Source: Camelus ferus
Taxonomy: Eukaryota
Assembly (NCBI RefSeq): GCF_009834535.1
Contig: NC_045697.1
Span: 103,728,001-103,792,000 of the forward strand
Length of the DNA: 64,000 nucleotides
Direction of reading: 5' to 3'
Each line of letters starts with the position of its first letter. Within the stretch, counting starts at the first letter, position 1. This document shows, piece by piece, positions 12,580 through 24,458 of the stretch. The notes beneath the pieces are model-generated. The model was not told the origin of the DNA, did not search any database, and saw only the letters and a list, made by a program, of their open reading frames with translations. The translations under genes and the position numbers were made by a program.

Positions 12580-14498
12580 AATATTAAGTCAAAGTAACAA
12601 TAGACCAAGATCTAATTTATCTTTGCAAATATACAAAAAAATCTCTAGGGAAGGAACAGGTATATAAAAGGTATAGTTATGTAAATGAAAAGAGGAAAGG
12701 AACAAAAGGGAGCATTTCTCCTATACAGTATAACGATCTCTCAATCATGTGTGACACTTTATAATTTATATGAAACATCAGTCTTCTTTAATTTGTGTAT
12801 TTTGTAGAACATAATGTAGAGACGATACCATAGGCCAAATTTAATAGAGATCTGCTAAGATGTCAATAGGACTGATGAAAGTAAATGAGGTTTTTACTTG
12901 TTTAACTTAAAAAAAAAACTATTTTTCAGCAGAAGTCAAGATTAATATTCTATATGTAGAGACCATTTTCATTTTCTATATAGACACTATTGTATATATA
13001 TGCATATTTTATGTTTATCTAAAAAGAATATTCTTATAGTTTAATCATGTGTTAAAGTGTAACTAAAAACGTCTGATAAATGAACTTGCAGGCTTTTCAT
13101 ATCAACTACACCTTTCTTGCAGAAATTCAGCTATGACAAATATTAGATTACTTGTCCGTGTTGGATTACTATTCTGGATTATACTAGATTTTGTCTATAA
13201 GACACTAACGTTATAACTCATCACAAAGTAAGCCTACTAGACAGACTTCTGCATAGAGAATTGCTAATAGGAAGAGCCCCGTAGCCTTAGTCTGTAACGA
13301 GCATCACTGTATTCCCAAATTCTGTTCATTCTGCAAAACTTCTTCTCATACCAGCCGTGCTGGGGAATACTCTCAGTTGCCCGAACCGCAGCTATTCTTT
13401 CGCACATACTTTTGTATATATTTGATTAACACAGTGTAAGCTCTCTGAGAGCAAGACCTTGCCTGGAGACACCTTGGTTCTCCTCCCAGCAGCTACACTG
13501 AATCCATTACCTTTAAAGTACTCAACTAAAATGTGGCTTTTTTCTAATGATAAGAACAATTGTATATAAGAATACGGATGAATAAATATTTACCTGGATG
13601 TATATACATACATTCCAAGAAGTTCTTTCACAAGTTCACCAAGCATATAAAAGTTCCACAGGTATAAATTATATATATATATATATTAATGTTACCATAA
13701 GAAACATTTTTTTCCCAAACCACATATTTTTTCTAAAATTCTAAGTTCCTGAAAAATGAGCTATATTATCCAAATAGTCCTCAAATAGACTTATCTTTGA
13801 AACTGAATCATTAAGTCTACTTAAGAAATTACTTTATCTTTATTCCTTTGTTTTCATCTTCCTCCAATCTGGAGGAGATATCCATTTCTTCCCAGTCCCT
13901 ACAAAAGTATAACTTGGACAAACGTGCCTCAAAGTATAAATCAGACAAATGAAAATGTGGTTAACAGTCTGCATTGTTGAGACTGTTAAATAACTTTTTG
14001 ATAAACCACCACCACTTGTTAAATGTTCTGACTGCCCAGATTACTTTACAGGATTTCCTTGAATAGAAATAGTCTTTGCCTGACTTAAAAGCATACACTA
14101 AATCAAAGTTATAATTCAAATACCAAAGGAGGTGGTAAAAATATCAACAAAAAGAAGAAAACCAGCAAAGGTTAGTAATTTAAACAGTGAAGAGCTTAGG
14201 TTTGGGACTAGTCAAAATTCCTAAAGGAATAAATGGGGAAAATAAGAATGTCATCTGACTATCATAAAGCTAAATTTATCCTAGGATATCTGAAATACAT
14301 CCTCCTGGGTTTACGTTTAAATATCCACTCTTTCATGAAATAATAATGATAACAAATTGTAGTTTTTATGTAGCAAAATGAAGGATTAAAAACATTAGCC
14401 ATTCCCCAAAATTTCTTTTGAAATTTTACTGATCAAGAAATCCAAATAATAGAAAATCACTGACCTTGTTAAACTACCGTGTGAGAAACATCAGTCTT

Positions 14499-14718
14499 TT
14501 TTTTAAACATTTTTTATTGATTTATAATAATTTTACAATGTTGTGTCAAATTCCAGTGTAGAGCACAATTTTTTGATTATACATGAACATATATATATAT
14601 ATATTCATTGTCACATTTTTTTCTCTGTGAGCTACCATAAGATCTTGTATATGTTTCCCTGTGCTATACAGTATAATCTTGTTTATCTATTCTACATTTT
14701 GAAATCCCAGTCTATCCC
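14499..14718 (-). mobile_element. Young L1 3' end fragment
   Basis: tttttattga...ttccctgtgctatacagtataatcttgtttatctatt; TSD aacatcagtctt/aacaccagtctt. Confidence 0.85.
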
Positions 14719-15402
14719 AACACCAGTCTTATTGAACATGTTCTTTCAAATGTGAAGAGAGTTAAAGCAGATTAAAAAAAAAAAAAATTATGAGTCCCAT
14801 GAGAACAGTTGTTAAATGCAGAGGAAGGCACTTAAGTTAAAAATAAAATCATATTCAGACTTTGAAGATGGATTGACTTTCAGGCACCTCAAGCTACATT
14901 ATACTATTTTTCCAAAGGACATCTCATACGTTTAAGGCTGCATTTATTTTCCTGGCATTGTCAGCACTTCTGAATAAGCATTATTAATTTATCAAAATAG
15001 CACAGTGTTGGAAAAAGAAAGAAATCGACCATTATGAGGAGTCAAAATGATGCAAATTATAATATAACCATTTTAAAATGTTTTGGCTGTGCACTAGAGT
15101 TTTTTCTAATACTCCAAAGTAAATAGTCCTCTCAGTAGCCAAAGGAGAATTACAAATAAAATTCATGAGCCCTTTTCTTTGTAATAAGCAGATTGCTTAA
15201 GTGCTGGATACTTAACCAACTATTATCTTTACAACAACAAAATCCCTGTCTAGCTGAGCATGTGTGTATAATCGACTTCAGATTCACTAGAGAAGACTGG
15301 AATAGTAATACATATACAAAAATGAAGACATATAAAGATATCAGACACCAAATTATATTAAAATAGATAATTGCAAGCTATTTTGTCAATTAAACGTCTC
15401 TT

Positions 15403-15600
15403 CAGTGTTATCTTTCTGCCATGATGAAAATGTTCAACATTCTGCACTGTCTAGTACAGTAGCCAGCAGTCACATGTGGTCACTGAATCCCTGAAATGTG
15501 GCTAGTGTGACTGAGGAATTGATTGTTTAATTTTATTTAATTTTAACCAACTAAATTTGAAATAGCTGCATGTAGCTTGTGGCTACCTTAGTAGTCAGTT
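15403..15600. mobile_element. MER3 hAT MITE
   Basis: ctttctgccatgatgaaaatgttc...tgcactgtctagtacagtagcca...gaaatgtggctagtgtgactgaggaa...tgtagcttgtggctacc. Confidence 0.8.
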
Positions 15601-16580
15601 TAACTATATAGATAATACGAAAGGGGACTTTATATTTGTGTTTCTTCCTTCTCTGAACTTGGAAGTAAAGGAAATGCCTTGACAGCATAGACATTCAAAA
15701 TCATTTTAAAACATCAGAATGATTTCATTGTCAGCAAGATTTCACTTTAAGGTTTGGGAGGTCTATAAAAGGGGAAACCAGTCAGCAATGGAAGCAGTGA
15801 GAAAATATCTAAAAGCAAATATTAAGAGCACCTACCCAAGCATCATCTAGGAAAGAAGATCCCTGGTCCAAATGATGAACCTGTCTGTTTCCAAGGGCAA
15901 CGTACCCCTTGTTGTGGAGCCAGAAACATTCACTTACAACAGCCTGACAGAATCAAACCTGGGAGTGATCTCCCTGCCTCTCCTTCCTCTAATTCCATTC
16001 CCACCAAGTAAACTTTTTATTAAAATATCTCCTCACGTAAATTTAACCATGCAGCGATAAGGCATCAACCCAAGTGTCTAAGGATTTCTTGTAATTATTT
16101 TTCCCACTCTCAATTAATAAATTGGCAATCTGCTTTATATACCATTATCTGTGAGTATAATTAATGTGAGTTCATCCCTGCAAGATGGAGCCACAAAATC
16201 AGTTTCTGAAACAGGACTGTAGTAAATTTACGAAGTACATGTCCCCTATACCTCTGGCACTGAGGAGCTCAGTATCTTAAAAATGGATGATTCAAATAGA
16301 CCAAGGGAAAAAAAAACAGTAATATTACTGGAAATAATTCTGCTTAGGGATGATATCATGCCAAGCAAAGACTTAAGTCAAGAAAAGGGGTCAGATTTTT
16401 GAAGCATCAAGAATGATTTCCAACAGAGAAAGAAAAACTTCCTTTAAAACGATGTGGCATCCAACTTCTTCTTTAAGGAGAAAAATTCCCCTTCTAGTTT
16501 GTTTGTATTTTTAAAAACACTTATCAAAATATATGTTAGGTGTCTCACTACTTACAGTCTCCATATAGAAACTAAAGGCT

Positions 16581-16806
16581 GGGGGTAGGGTTATCGCTCA
16601 ACAGTAGAGTGTGTGCTTAGCACGCAGGAGGTCCTGGGTTCAATCCCCGGTACCACTATTATAAATGAATGAATAAAATTTCCTCCCTCCAAAAAAATAA
16701 ATTAAATAAAAATTAAAAATAAAAAATAGTTGGACAAAAAAAAGTGCCCGACATACAACAGATATTCAAAAATATACATATATTTTTTTTTCAAAAAAAA
16801 TAAATA
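16581..16806 (+). mobile_element. tRNA-Ala-derived SINE (Vic-1-like) with extended 3' end
   Basis: tRNA-Ala head, A-rich tail, about 65 nt of extra sequence, second A tail, candidate TSD aaaggct at 16574-16580 and 16807-16813. Confidence 0.85.
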
Positions 16807-18831
16807 AAAGGCTAACAACATCTAGGAAAACTAAGGCAGAGAGGCACAATACTACTTGAGATTTTCACTAGTTTATGGTATTTTTGTCACTAAAAAACCC
16901 TTAGTGATTATGGCACCAGGTTGATAGAATTTGAAAAAAGGCCAGACATGATAGAAGATTTGTTTCAAGACTAGTAATTGTTGAGATTGTTTCTTAGGGA
17001 GATCTTCATGATACTTTTCAAATATATCTTGAAACTTCATATCAAAAACAATAGCATTTTGTTGCAAGAGGAAGTATTCTTCCTAATGGAGATGTTTTCT
17101 ACTGTTACACACTTCAGCCCCTTTTTAAAAAACCACTTCTCTGCACTGGTGGGACTTTTTATTCAATTTTTTTTTAAAGCTGGAAATTTAACCTTTTGAC
17201 TTCAACAACTGTTTAGCTCGAAACTACACAAGATATGGATCCAAATTCTATTGAGACATTTAATGATACAGAATCAGGATTCAACCATCTTTAAGGGAAA
17301 ATACCGGTGAATTAAAGGGCAGGAAGCCTCTACATACATTTCTCTCACGTTTTTCATTATTTCTACCCATTTTTTCCTCTTCAGTTTAAAGAAGTAGAAG
17401 TAAATGAAGAACAAAGAAAAGTAACAAAAGTCTACTGGCAACGGGGGAGGCAGTAAACAAGAAATAACTTTTCCTATTGATGATTTTAGTTACTGGAAAG
17501 GTTGAAAAGCTGTCCTGCTCCAAATTCATATACTGCAGTTACCGATCAGGAATTCTGAATAGCTTATTAGGCTGCTATAACAAATACACATGGCACAAAT
17601 GTATCTTTTAGGTTATCATAAGAAAATGGAACCAGCTCTCCCAGGAGAAAAATTATGTCTGATTTACAGTTTTACATCTCTTTCTTTAGTATCTTAAAAT
17701 TCTCTTTTTTTTTTCTCAATTGTATAGAAGTACATATCACTCTCCAAAATGCTTCCAGCCAAAGTCACATCTTCATTATTTTCTCTATCTTACTTAACAA
17801 ACTTTGACCTCTGACAACATAAGACCAACGTCAAAGCAATATTCTGAATCATGAACCTACCAAACTCAAGTGCAAACGGCTGTAACATGATGCCTCTAAA
17901 GAAGGAACTGCATTAGCTTTCATTGGCTGTCATATCATATTGCAAGTTCAAGTTATCTGCTTCCTCATTATCACCTTGGCTTTCTTTTTCTTCCTTTCTT
18001 TTTGTTTCTTTGGTCATTTCTGCTTTCTAAATATTTCTAATGCCTCTCAGATACGGATTTGATCTCGTTTTTATACACCATCAAATTAGCTCTTCTGTTT
18101 TTCAGACTTACTTGTATTTTCACTTCTTCTCTATACTGTACAATTTTTTTTCAGTATTACCTAGAAATCTGGCTCTCACTTGTCACATTTAATTATTAAT
18201 TATATATTAATTATATATTTCACAAGTTGTTAAAGGATAAGCTTTAATGATAAAATCCTTTTCTTTAATACCAACAGTGCAACAACTCTCTAAAATGCTA
18301 TATAATGGCAATCACTTACTACATCCCTTTATTTATAAATCTCCAGCTCTTTATAAATATATATGTATTAATCAAACTTGCAGCAATTTTTCATGAAAAC
18401 CTTTCCTGATATTTAAAATAAATCATTTCAGTGATAATAGCATATGGGTTAGTAATCCATAAAAGTGATTTGCCCGAGTCTCCTCACAGGAAGTTACTAT
18501 AAGAAGACAATCTTACAAACTACCCAATATCAAATTTAGATGTGGGAATGAGTTTGCACCTTCATTCCAAATCAATACTGTGAATATAAAGCAACACAAA
18601 TTTCTATGGCTACAGTATATGTTCTATTGAGACTAAAAGCTCACAATTTAAAATCACTTTAACATAAGTAAGAAAAGTTTGGTGTATAGTGATATTGGGA
18701 TTTTTGTCAAACTAATTCAACATACAGTTGTAATAATTAGCATGCATTTTAAGTGCATATTATATATAAGATACTTTACAATCTTAGCTGTATGAAGAAG
18801 AGTGGTTAAAATAACATTCATTTGGTGATTT

Positions 18832-19372
18832 CTATTTTGTTTATTGAAGTATAGTAGGTCTAAAATGTTGTGTTAATTTCTGGTGTACAGAATAGTGATT
18901 CAGTTATACACACACATATACATACATATTTCCTTTCATATTTTTTTTCATCATAGGTCATTACAAGCTATTGAATATAGTTCCCTGTGCTAAAGAGTAG
19001 GACCTTGCCGCTTATCTATTTTATATATAGTAGTTAGTATCTGTAATTCTCGAGCTCCTAATTTATCCCTCAACCCCTCCCTTCCCCCACAGTAACCATA
19101 AGTTTGTTTTCTATGTTTGTGAGTCTACTTCTGTTTTGGAAATAAGTTCATTTATGTCTTTTTTTAGATCCCACATATAGGTGGTATCATATGGTATCTT
19201 CCTTTCTCTTTCTGGCTTACTTCACTTAGTATGATGATCTCTAGGTCCATCCATGTTGCTGTAAAGGGCATTATTTCATTCTTTTTTATGGCTGAGTAGT
19301 ATCCCATTGTATAAATACATCACAATTTTATCCAATCATCTGTTGATGGACATTTAGGTTACTTCCATGTCT
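18832..19372 (-). mobile_element. L1 3' UTR and ORF2 end
   Basis: ttattgaagtatag...ttccctgtgct...ggcttacttcacttagtatgatgatctctaggtccatccatgttgct...ggctgagtagta. Confidence 0.9.
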
Positions 19373-20569
19373 TATCCATTTAACAAATATTTTTTGAGTA
19401 CTTACCATGTGCCAGATACTACAGGTGCTGTGGACAGAGCAGTAAACCAAACCACCCAAAACAAATACCCATTTTCATGAAGTCTTCATTTGGATAAGAA
19501 GAGAGACAATAAAAATACTAAATAAATATATAATGTTAGAAGATAAGTACTTTAGAAAAAAAATAAGAGCAAGATGACAGGAAGAAACAGAGGTGGGAGA
19601 CAAGATCAGAATTTTAAACCAACTATATCAATCAGTTATAATCTAGATGGGAAGTCATCTCAAGAGCTAAATAAAGAAAAAGCAAAGCTGGAGAAATTTT
19701 CAAGGGGCAGACAGGCTTATGAGAAATTGATAGGATATGGAAAGGATGAGAACAGTATAAGTAAAGAGGTGGGAGCCCCAAGTGTTAGAGGAGAGGGAGG
19801 GGAACAGTGAGTCAATGTTAATCTGGGTATGAAAGAAGGATACTGAAGAGAGAAGGGATGGGTTGTACTGGGAGGACTCCAGAATAGTTAGTTGGATGAT
19901 GGGCAGTTAAGAGTCACTGTAGGCATTGAGGCATAAGAGTGACATATACAAGTAGTATGTGAAGATAGTTTATTTCACAACAATATATAGGATGGTGAGA
20001 AAGAAGGTATGTTGCATCACCTTGGCTCTTGAGAATTACCAAAAGCACAATAACGTTAATAAGCTTTATCTCTGCTAAATGAATAGACAAGAAGAATAAC
20101 ATAAGCTTTCAAGTGAAAACCAAGGAACGCTGGAAAATAACTACTTACAAGAGAATTGTCTGAATAATAAAAAACTAAACCACAAATTCTGACCATGAGA
20201 TCAAGTGCCCTCATAAAGGAAAACTGTAAACACAGTGGGCATTTTCATTTTAATTACTCTGCTTACTAGAAACATCACAGAAAACGCTACCCAGGAAAAG
20301 TAAACAAGTATGTGGTTCTGTCAAAAGAGAAAGAAAGTGCATAAACTGCAACCTCAGAGTAACCATTAGTGGACATGTAAAATATGAATCAATGTTCATT
20401 TCATGAGCCTGGACATCTGTGATGCTTTGACTTTAATTTCCAAGACACCATATTCTCATCATGAAGAGATTTCTTTCCCCTGATCAGTAGAGCCTGTTCC
20501 ATTATAAAAGTTAAAATCAAATTGATCAAGGTTTTCAAAATTATACATTTTATTTCTTAAAGTCCTCTG

Positions 20570-20709
20570 GGAGGAGGGTTTAGCTCAGTGGTAGAGTGCC
20601 TGCTTAGCATGCACGAGGTCCTGGGTTCAATCCCCAGTACTTCCATTAAGAAGCAAATAAATAAACCTAATTACTCCCCAATACACAAATTTTTTTTTAA
20701 TTTTTCTGT
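20570..20709 (+). mobile_element. tRNA-Ala-derived SINE (Vic-1-like), long form
   Basis: Intact A box tagctcagtgg and B box ggttcaatcc; TSD aagtcctctg at 20560-20569 and 20710-20719. Confidence 0.92.
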
Positions 20710-21084
20710 AAGTCCTCTGTTTTTTCAATTACTCATTTATGTACGTCCCCATTTTATACTTCAAAAAGTAATTTTTTCTAAGATAATTATATTAATGTCA
20801 TGGGTAATATCCTAAGATAGAGAAACAATTTTTAACAGTCATGAATACTAATCTAATTATTTCCAGGGGCAGGTATATATATCACTATGTAGCTATAAAA
20901 GTATCACTACAAAGATGGACTTACATGGGAACAAAAACAGCAGGGACAGCCACAACAGACACTGACTTCTTTAACCAATGATACCTAAATCAGGAGACAT
21001 ACTTTCAAACTGTCACTTGTATTTACTGAACTCCTATATGATGAGCTTTGCTTTTAAACATATATTAGACACACATTTTGTCTA

Positions 21085-21881
21085 TAAAGATAAAATACAT
21101 GTGAAACCTTATCTGACATTGTGACTAGGGAAGAGCTTTATAAGTATAAAGGCTATGGAAAGATCCAGGAAAGGAAAGGTGAATATATTTAAGAGACAGA
21201 AAAACTTGAAACTTCTACAACCATAAGCAAGATAATGAATCCCAACTCATATATGGCATCATATACAAATATTAACTCTAAATGGATTGGAGTCCTACAT
21301 GTAAAAACAAAAACTATAAAACATCTAGAAGAAAACACAGGTGAAGAATTGTGAGACTTTGGGTAAACAAGAATTTCTTAGAGAAGACACAAAAACCATG
21401 TGCCATAAAAGAAAAAAGTAGATAAACTGGACTTATCAAAATTGAAAACTTCTGCTCTTCGAAAGACACCATTAAGAAAATGAAAAGCCACAGACTAGGA
21501 GAAAACAGTTGCAAAATACATACCTGATAAATGACTGGTGTTCAAAATATATTTAAAAATTCACAATGCAATTATAAGAAAACAACCCATAAAAAAATAG
21601 ACAAGAGATTTGAATAGATACTCCCCCAAGAAGATATACAGATGGGAAATAAGCACATAAAAAGATGTCCAACATCATTAGCCATTGGAAAAATACAGAT
21701 TAAAGCTATGATGACATATCATGATACACTTATGCGAATGGCTAAAATAAAAAGTACTGCTAATACCAAGGGCTGGCCAGGATATGGAGCAGCTGGATTC
21801 CTCAAACATTCTTGGTAGAAATGTAAAATGGTAGAACCACTTTGGAAAATGGTTTGGTGATTTCATATGATATTAAACATA
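21085..21881 (+). mobile_element. Old L1M ORF2 3' fragment
   Basis: aaaactataaaacatctagaagaaaacacagg, ggacttatcaaaattgaaaacttctgctc, aagcacataaaaagatg; no long intact frame. Confidence 0.85.
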
Positions 21882-22198
21882 TAGTCATCTCTTAGTATCT
21901 GCAGGGATTGGTTCTAGGAACCCTGTGGATAATAAAATCTATGGACACTCAAGTCCTTTATATAAAAGGGTGTAGTTTTTGCATATAATCTATGCATATC
22001 CTCCCATATACTTTAGATCATCTCTAGATTACTCATAATACCTACCAAAATGTAAATGTTATGTAAAAATAAGTTGCCACTGCAGCAAATTCAAGTCTTC
22101 CTTTTTGGAACTTTCTGTAATTTTTTTTTCTGAACATTTTCAATCCTTGGTTGGTTGAATTCCTGGATGCAGAACTTGAGGATATGGAGAGTTAACTG
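21882..22198 (+). mobile_element. MER2-type TcMar-Tigger MITE
   Basis: Ends tagtcatctcttagtatctgcagggattggttctagga and ggatatggagagttaactg; internal ctcccatatactttagatcatctctagattact; TA flanks. Confidence 0.8.
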
Positions 22199-22275
22199 TA
22201 CTACAATTATAATAGCTTTTAAAAAGTTAATTTAAACACAATATTTTTACAGAATAAGTTACATATCATAAGGTA

Positions 22276-22392
22276 TTTTTCTTTCTTTCTTTCTTTTTAA
22301 TTGAAGTACAGTCAGTTACAATGTTTCAGTTTCTGGTGTGCAGCACAATGTCCTGATCTTGAATATACATGCATGTATTTGTTTTCATACTC
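22276..22392 (-). mobile_element. Very short L1 3' end
   Basis: ttgaagtacagtcagttacaatg...ttctggtgtgcagc; TSD cataaggta at 22267-22275 and 22393-22401. Confidence 0.8.
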
Positions 22393-22582
22393 CATAAGGT
22401 ACTTTTCTAAGCCAGCCTTTGATATACTTAGAAACTTGTTCTAGTATCTGATAAGCTGCTTTTTAAAAGCATTTAAGTTGGCAGACATACAATATTGAAT
22501 TTTAAGGATGATTAAGAACCAGAATGCTTGGGGAAATCACACTGTGAAAAATGCCATTTACATCTAGGAATTTTACACTCCT

Positions 22583-23934
22583 TTAAAAAAAAATTTTTTT
22601 TATTGAAGTGTAGTTGACTTACAATGTCAGTTTCAGGTGTACAACAAAGTGATTGAATTGTACATATACATACATATATATACTTTTTTCTTTTCAGATT
22701 CTTTTCCATTATATATTATAAGAAATTGAATATAGTTCCCTGTGCTATACAGTAGGTCCTTGTTTATCTATTTTACATATAGTAACGTGGGTCTTTTAAT
22801 CCCCAACCCCTAATTTATCCCTCCCTGTCCTTTCCCCTCATAGCTTATTTATTTTATACATAGTAGATTGTACTTTTTAATCCCTTACCAAACTAATAGT
22901 TTGTTCTCTATATCTATGAGTCTGCTTCTTTTTTGTAATATTACAAATATTACAAATAGCTTGTTGTATTTTTTAGATTCCACATACAAGGGATATCGCA
23001 CAGTATTTGTCTTTCTGTCTGACTTATTTCACTTAGCATAGTACCCTCCATGTTGTTATAAATGACAAATTTTCATTCTTTTTTATAGCTGAGTAGTATT
23101 CCATTGTGTGTATATGCCACATCTTATTTATCCATTCACCTGTTGATAGACACTTAGGTTGTTTCTATATTTTGGCTATTGTAAATAATGCTGCTATGAA
23201 CACTAGGGTGCATGTACCTCTTAAAATTAGTGTTTGTATTTTTTTCAAATAAATATCCAAGAGTGGAATTGCTGGGTCACATGATAGTTCTTTTTTTAGT
23301 TTTTTGAGGCCCCTCCATACTGTTTTCCATAATGGCTGCACTAATTTACATTCCCACCAACAGTATACGAGAGTTTCCTTTTCTCCACATCCTTGCCAAC
23401 ATCTGTTATTTGTGCCTTTTTGATAACAGCCATTCCAACAGAAGTGAGGTGATATCTCACTCTGATTTTGGTTTGCATTTCCATGATGATGGGTAATGTG
23501 GAGCATCTTTGTATGTGCCTATTGGCCATCTGTATGTCTTCTGCGGAAAAATTCTATTCCTCTGCCCATTTTTTTTTATTGTAATGTAGTCAGTTTACAA
23601 TGTGTCAATTTCTGGTGTACAGCATAACGTTTCAGTCATACATATATTCATTTTCATATTCCTTTTCATTATAGGTTCTTCAAGATATTGAATATAGTTC
23701 CCTACGCTATATAGTATAAACTTGTTTATCTATTTTATATATATTATTTACTACCTGTAAATCTCAAACTTCCAATTTAGCCCTTCCCACCCCCTTCCCT
23801 CCTGGTAACCATAATTTTGTTTTCTATGTCTGTGAGTCTGCTTCTGTTTTGTAAATAAGTTCACTTGTCTTTTTTTTTTTTTTTTAAGATTTCACATATA
23901 AGTGATACCATATGGTATTTTCCTCTCTCTTCAA
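22583..23934 (-). mobile_element. Stack of L1 3' fragments (about 22583-22840, 22841-23570, 23571-23934)
   Basis: The L1 3' UTR segment recurs three times; ORF2 C-terminal remnants [32 protein letters not shown] tctgc(c)catt around the third piece. Confidence 0.9.
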
Positions 23935-24269
23935 TCTGCCATTTCTAATAACACAAACCATTGTTTTTTAGAAGTGCTAGATGTTTACATGAAAACCTGA
24001 GTCCACAGTGGAGTTTAGATGTCTAGCTTTACTTTCATCAAAAAGACCAGTAATTAAAGGGATGGTTCTGTTTGGTGGGTATAATCCACAAGTTTACACA
24101 GTTAATGCATCCTCTGATGCCCTCCTGCTTCTTTTCCCATGCCCAGATTTATTTGGGAATGGCAGTGGGGTCTAAGTCAATGAGGAATATTAAGAATGGA
24201 AAATTACTACCTCCTCCCCACCCTTCAGTCACTGGACTTAATATTCTCACCTTAATAATCTGTGATGCA

Positions 24270-24458
24270 ATTGTACCAAATATGCCACACTGATGAGGGA
24301 TGTTGAGGGTAGGGGAGTATATACATGTGCATGGGGAGGGCTATGTGAGAACTCTGTATTTTCTGCTCAATTCTGCTGTAAACCTGAAACTGCCCTAAAA
24401 AAATTAAGTCTATCAAAAAAAATTTTTTAGATAAATAAAGGCATTAAAAAAAAAAAAG
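24270..24458 (+). mobile_element. L1M 3' end fragment
   Basis: gaactctgtattttctgctcaattctgctgtaaacctgaaactg plus A tail; TSD aatctgtgatgca/aatctgtaacgca. Confidence 0.8.

Noticed and set aside
17474..17562. C/D box snoRNA-like layout (ctat-tgatga ... ctga-atag)
   Set aside because: Antisense to the host gene, C box lacks the leading purine, kink-turn spacing is off, and no recognisable rRNA/snRNA guide.
20570..20645. Functional tRNA-Ala(AGC) genes (this and seven similar copies)
   Set aside because: Altered 5' ends, scattered substitutions, A/T-rich tails and TSDs show they are SINEs.
23165..23529. ORFs with [16 protein letters not shown] (also 56681-57138, and the L1-like 45118-45330)
   Set aside because: Broken L1 ORF2 remnants, not host genes.
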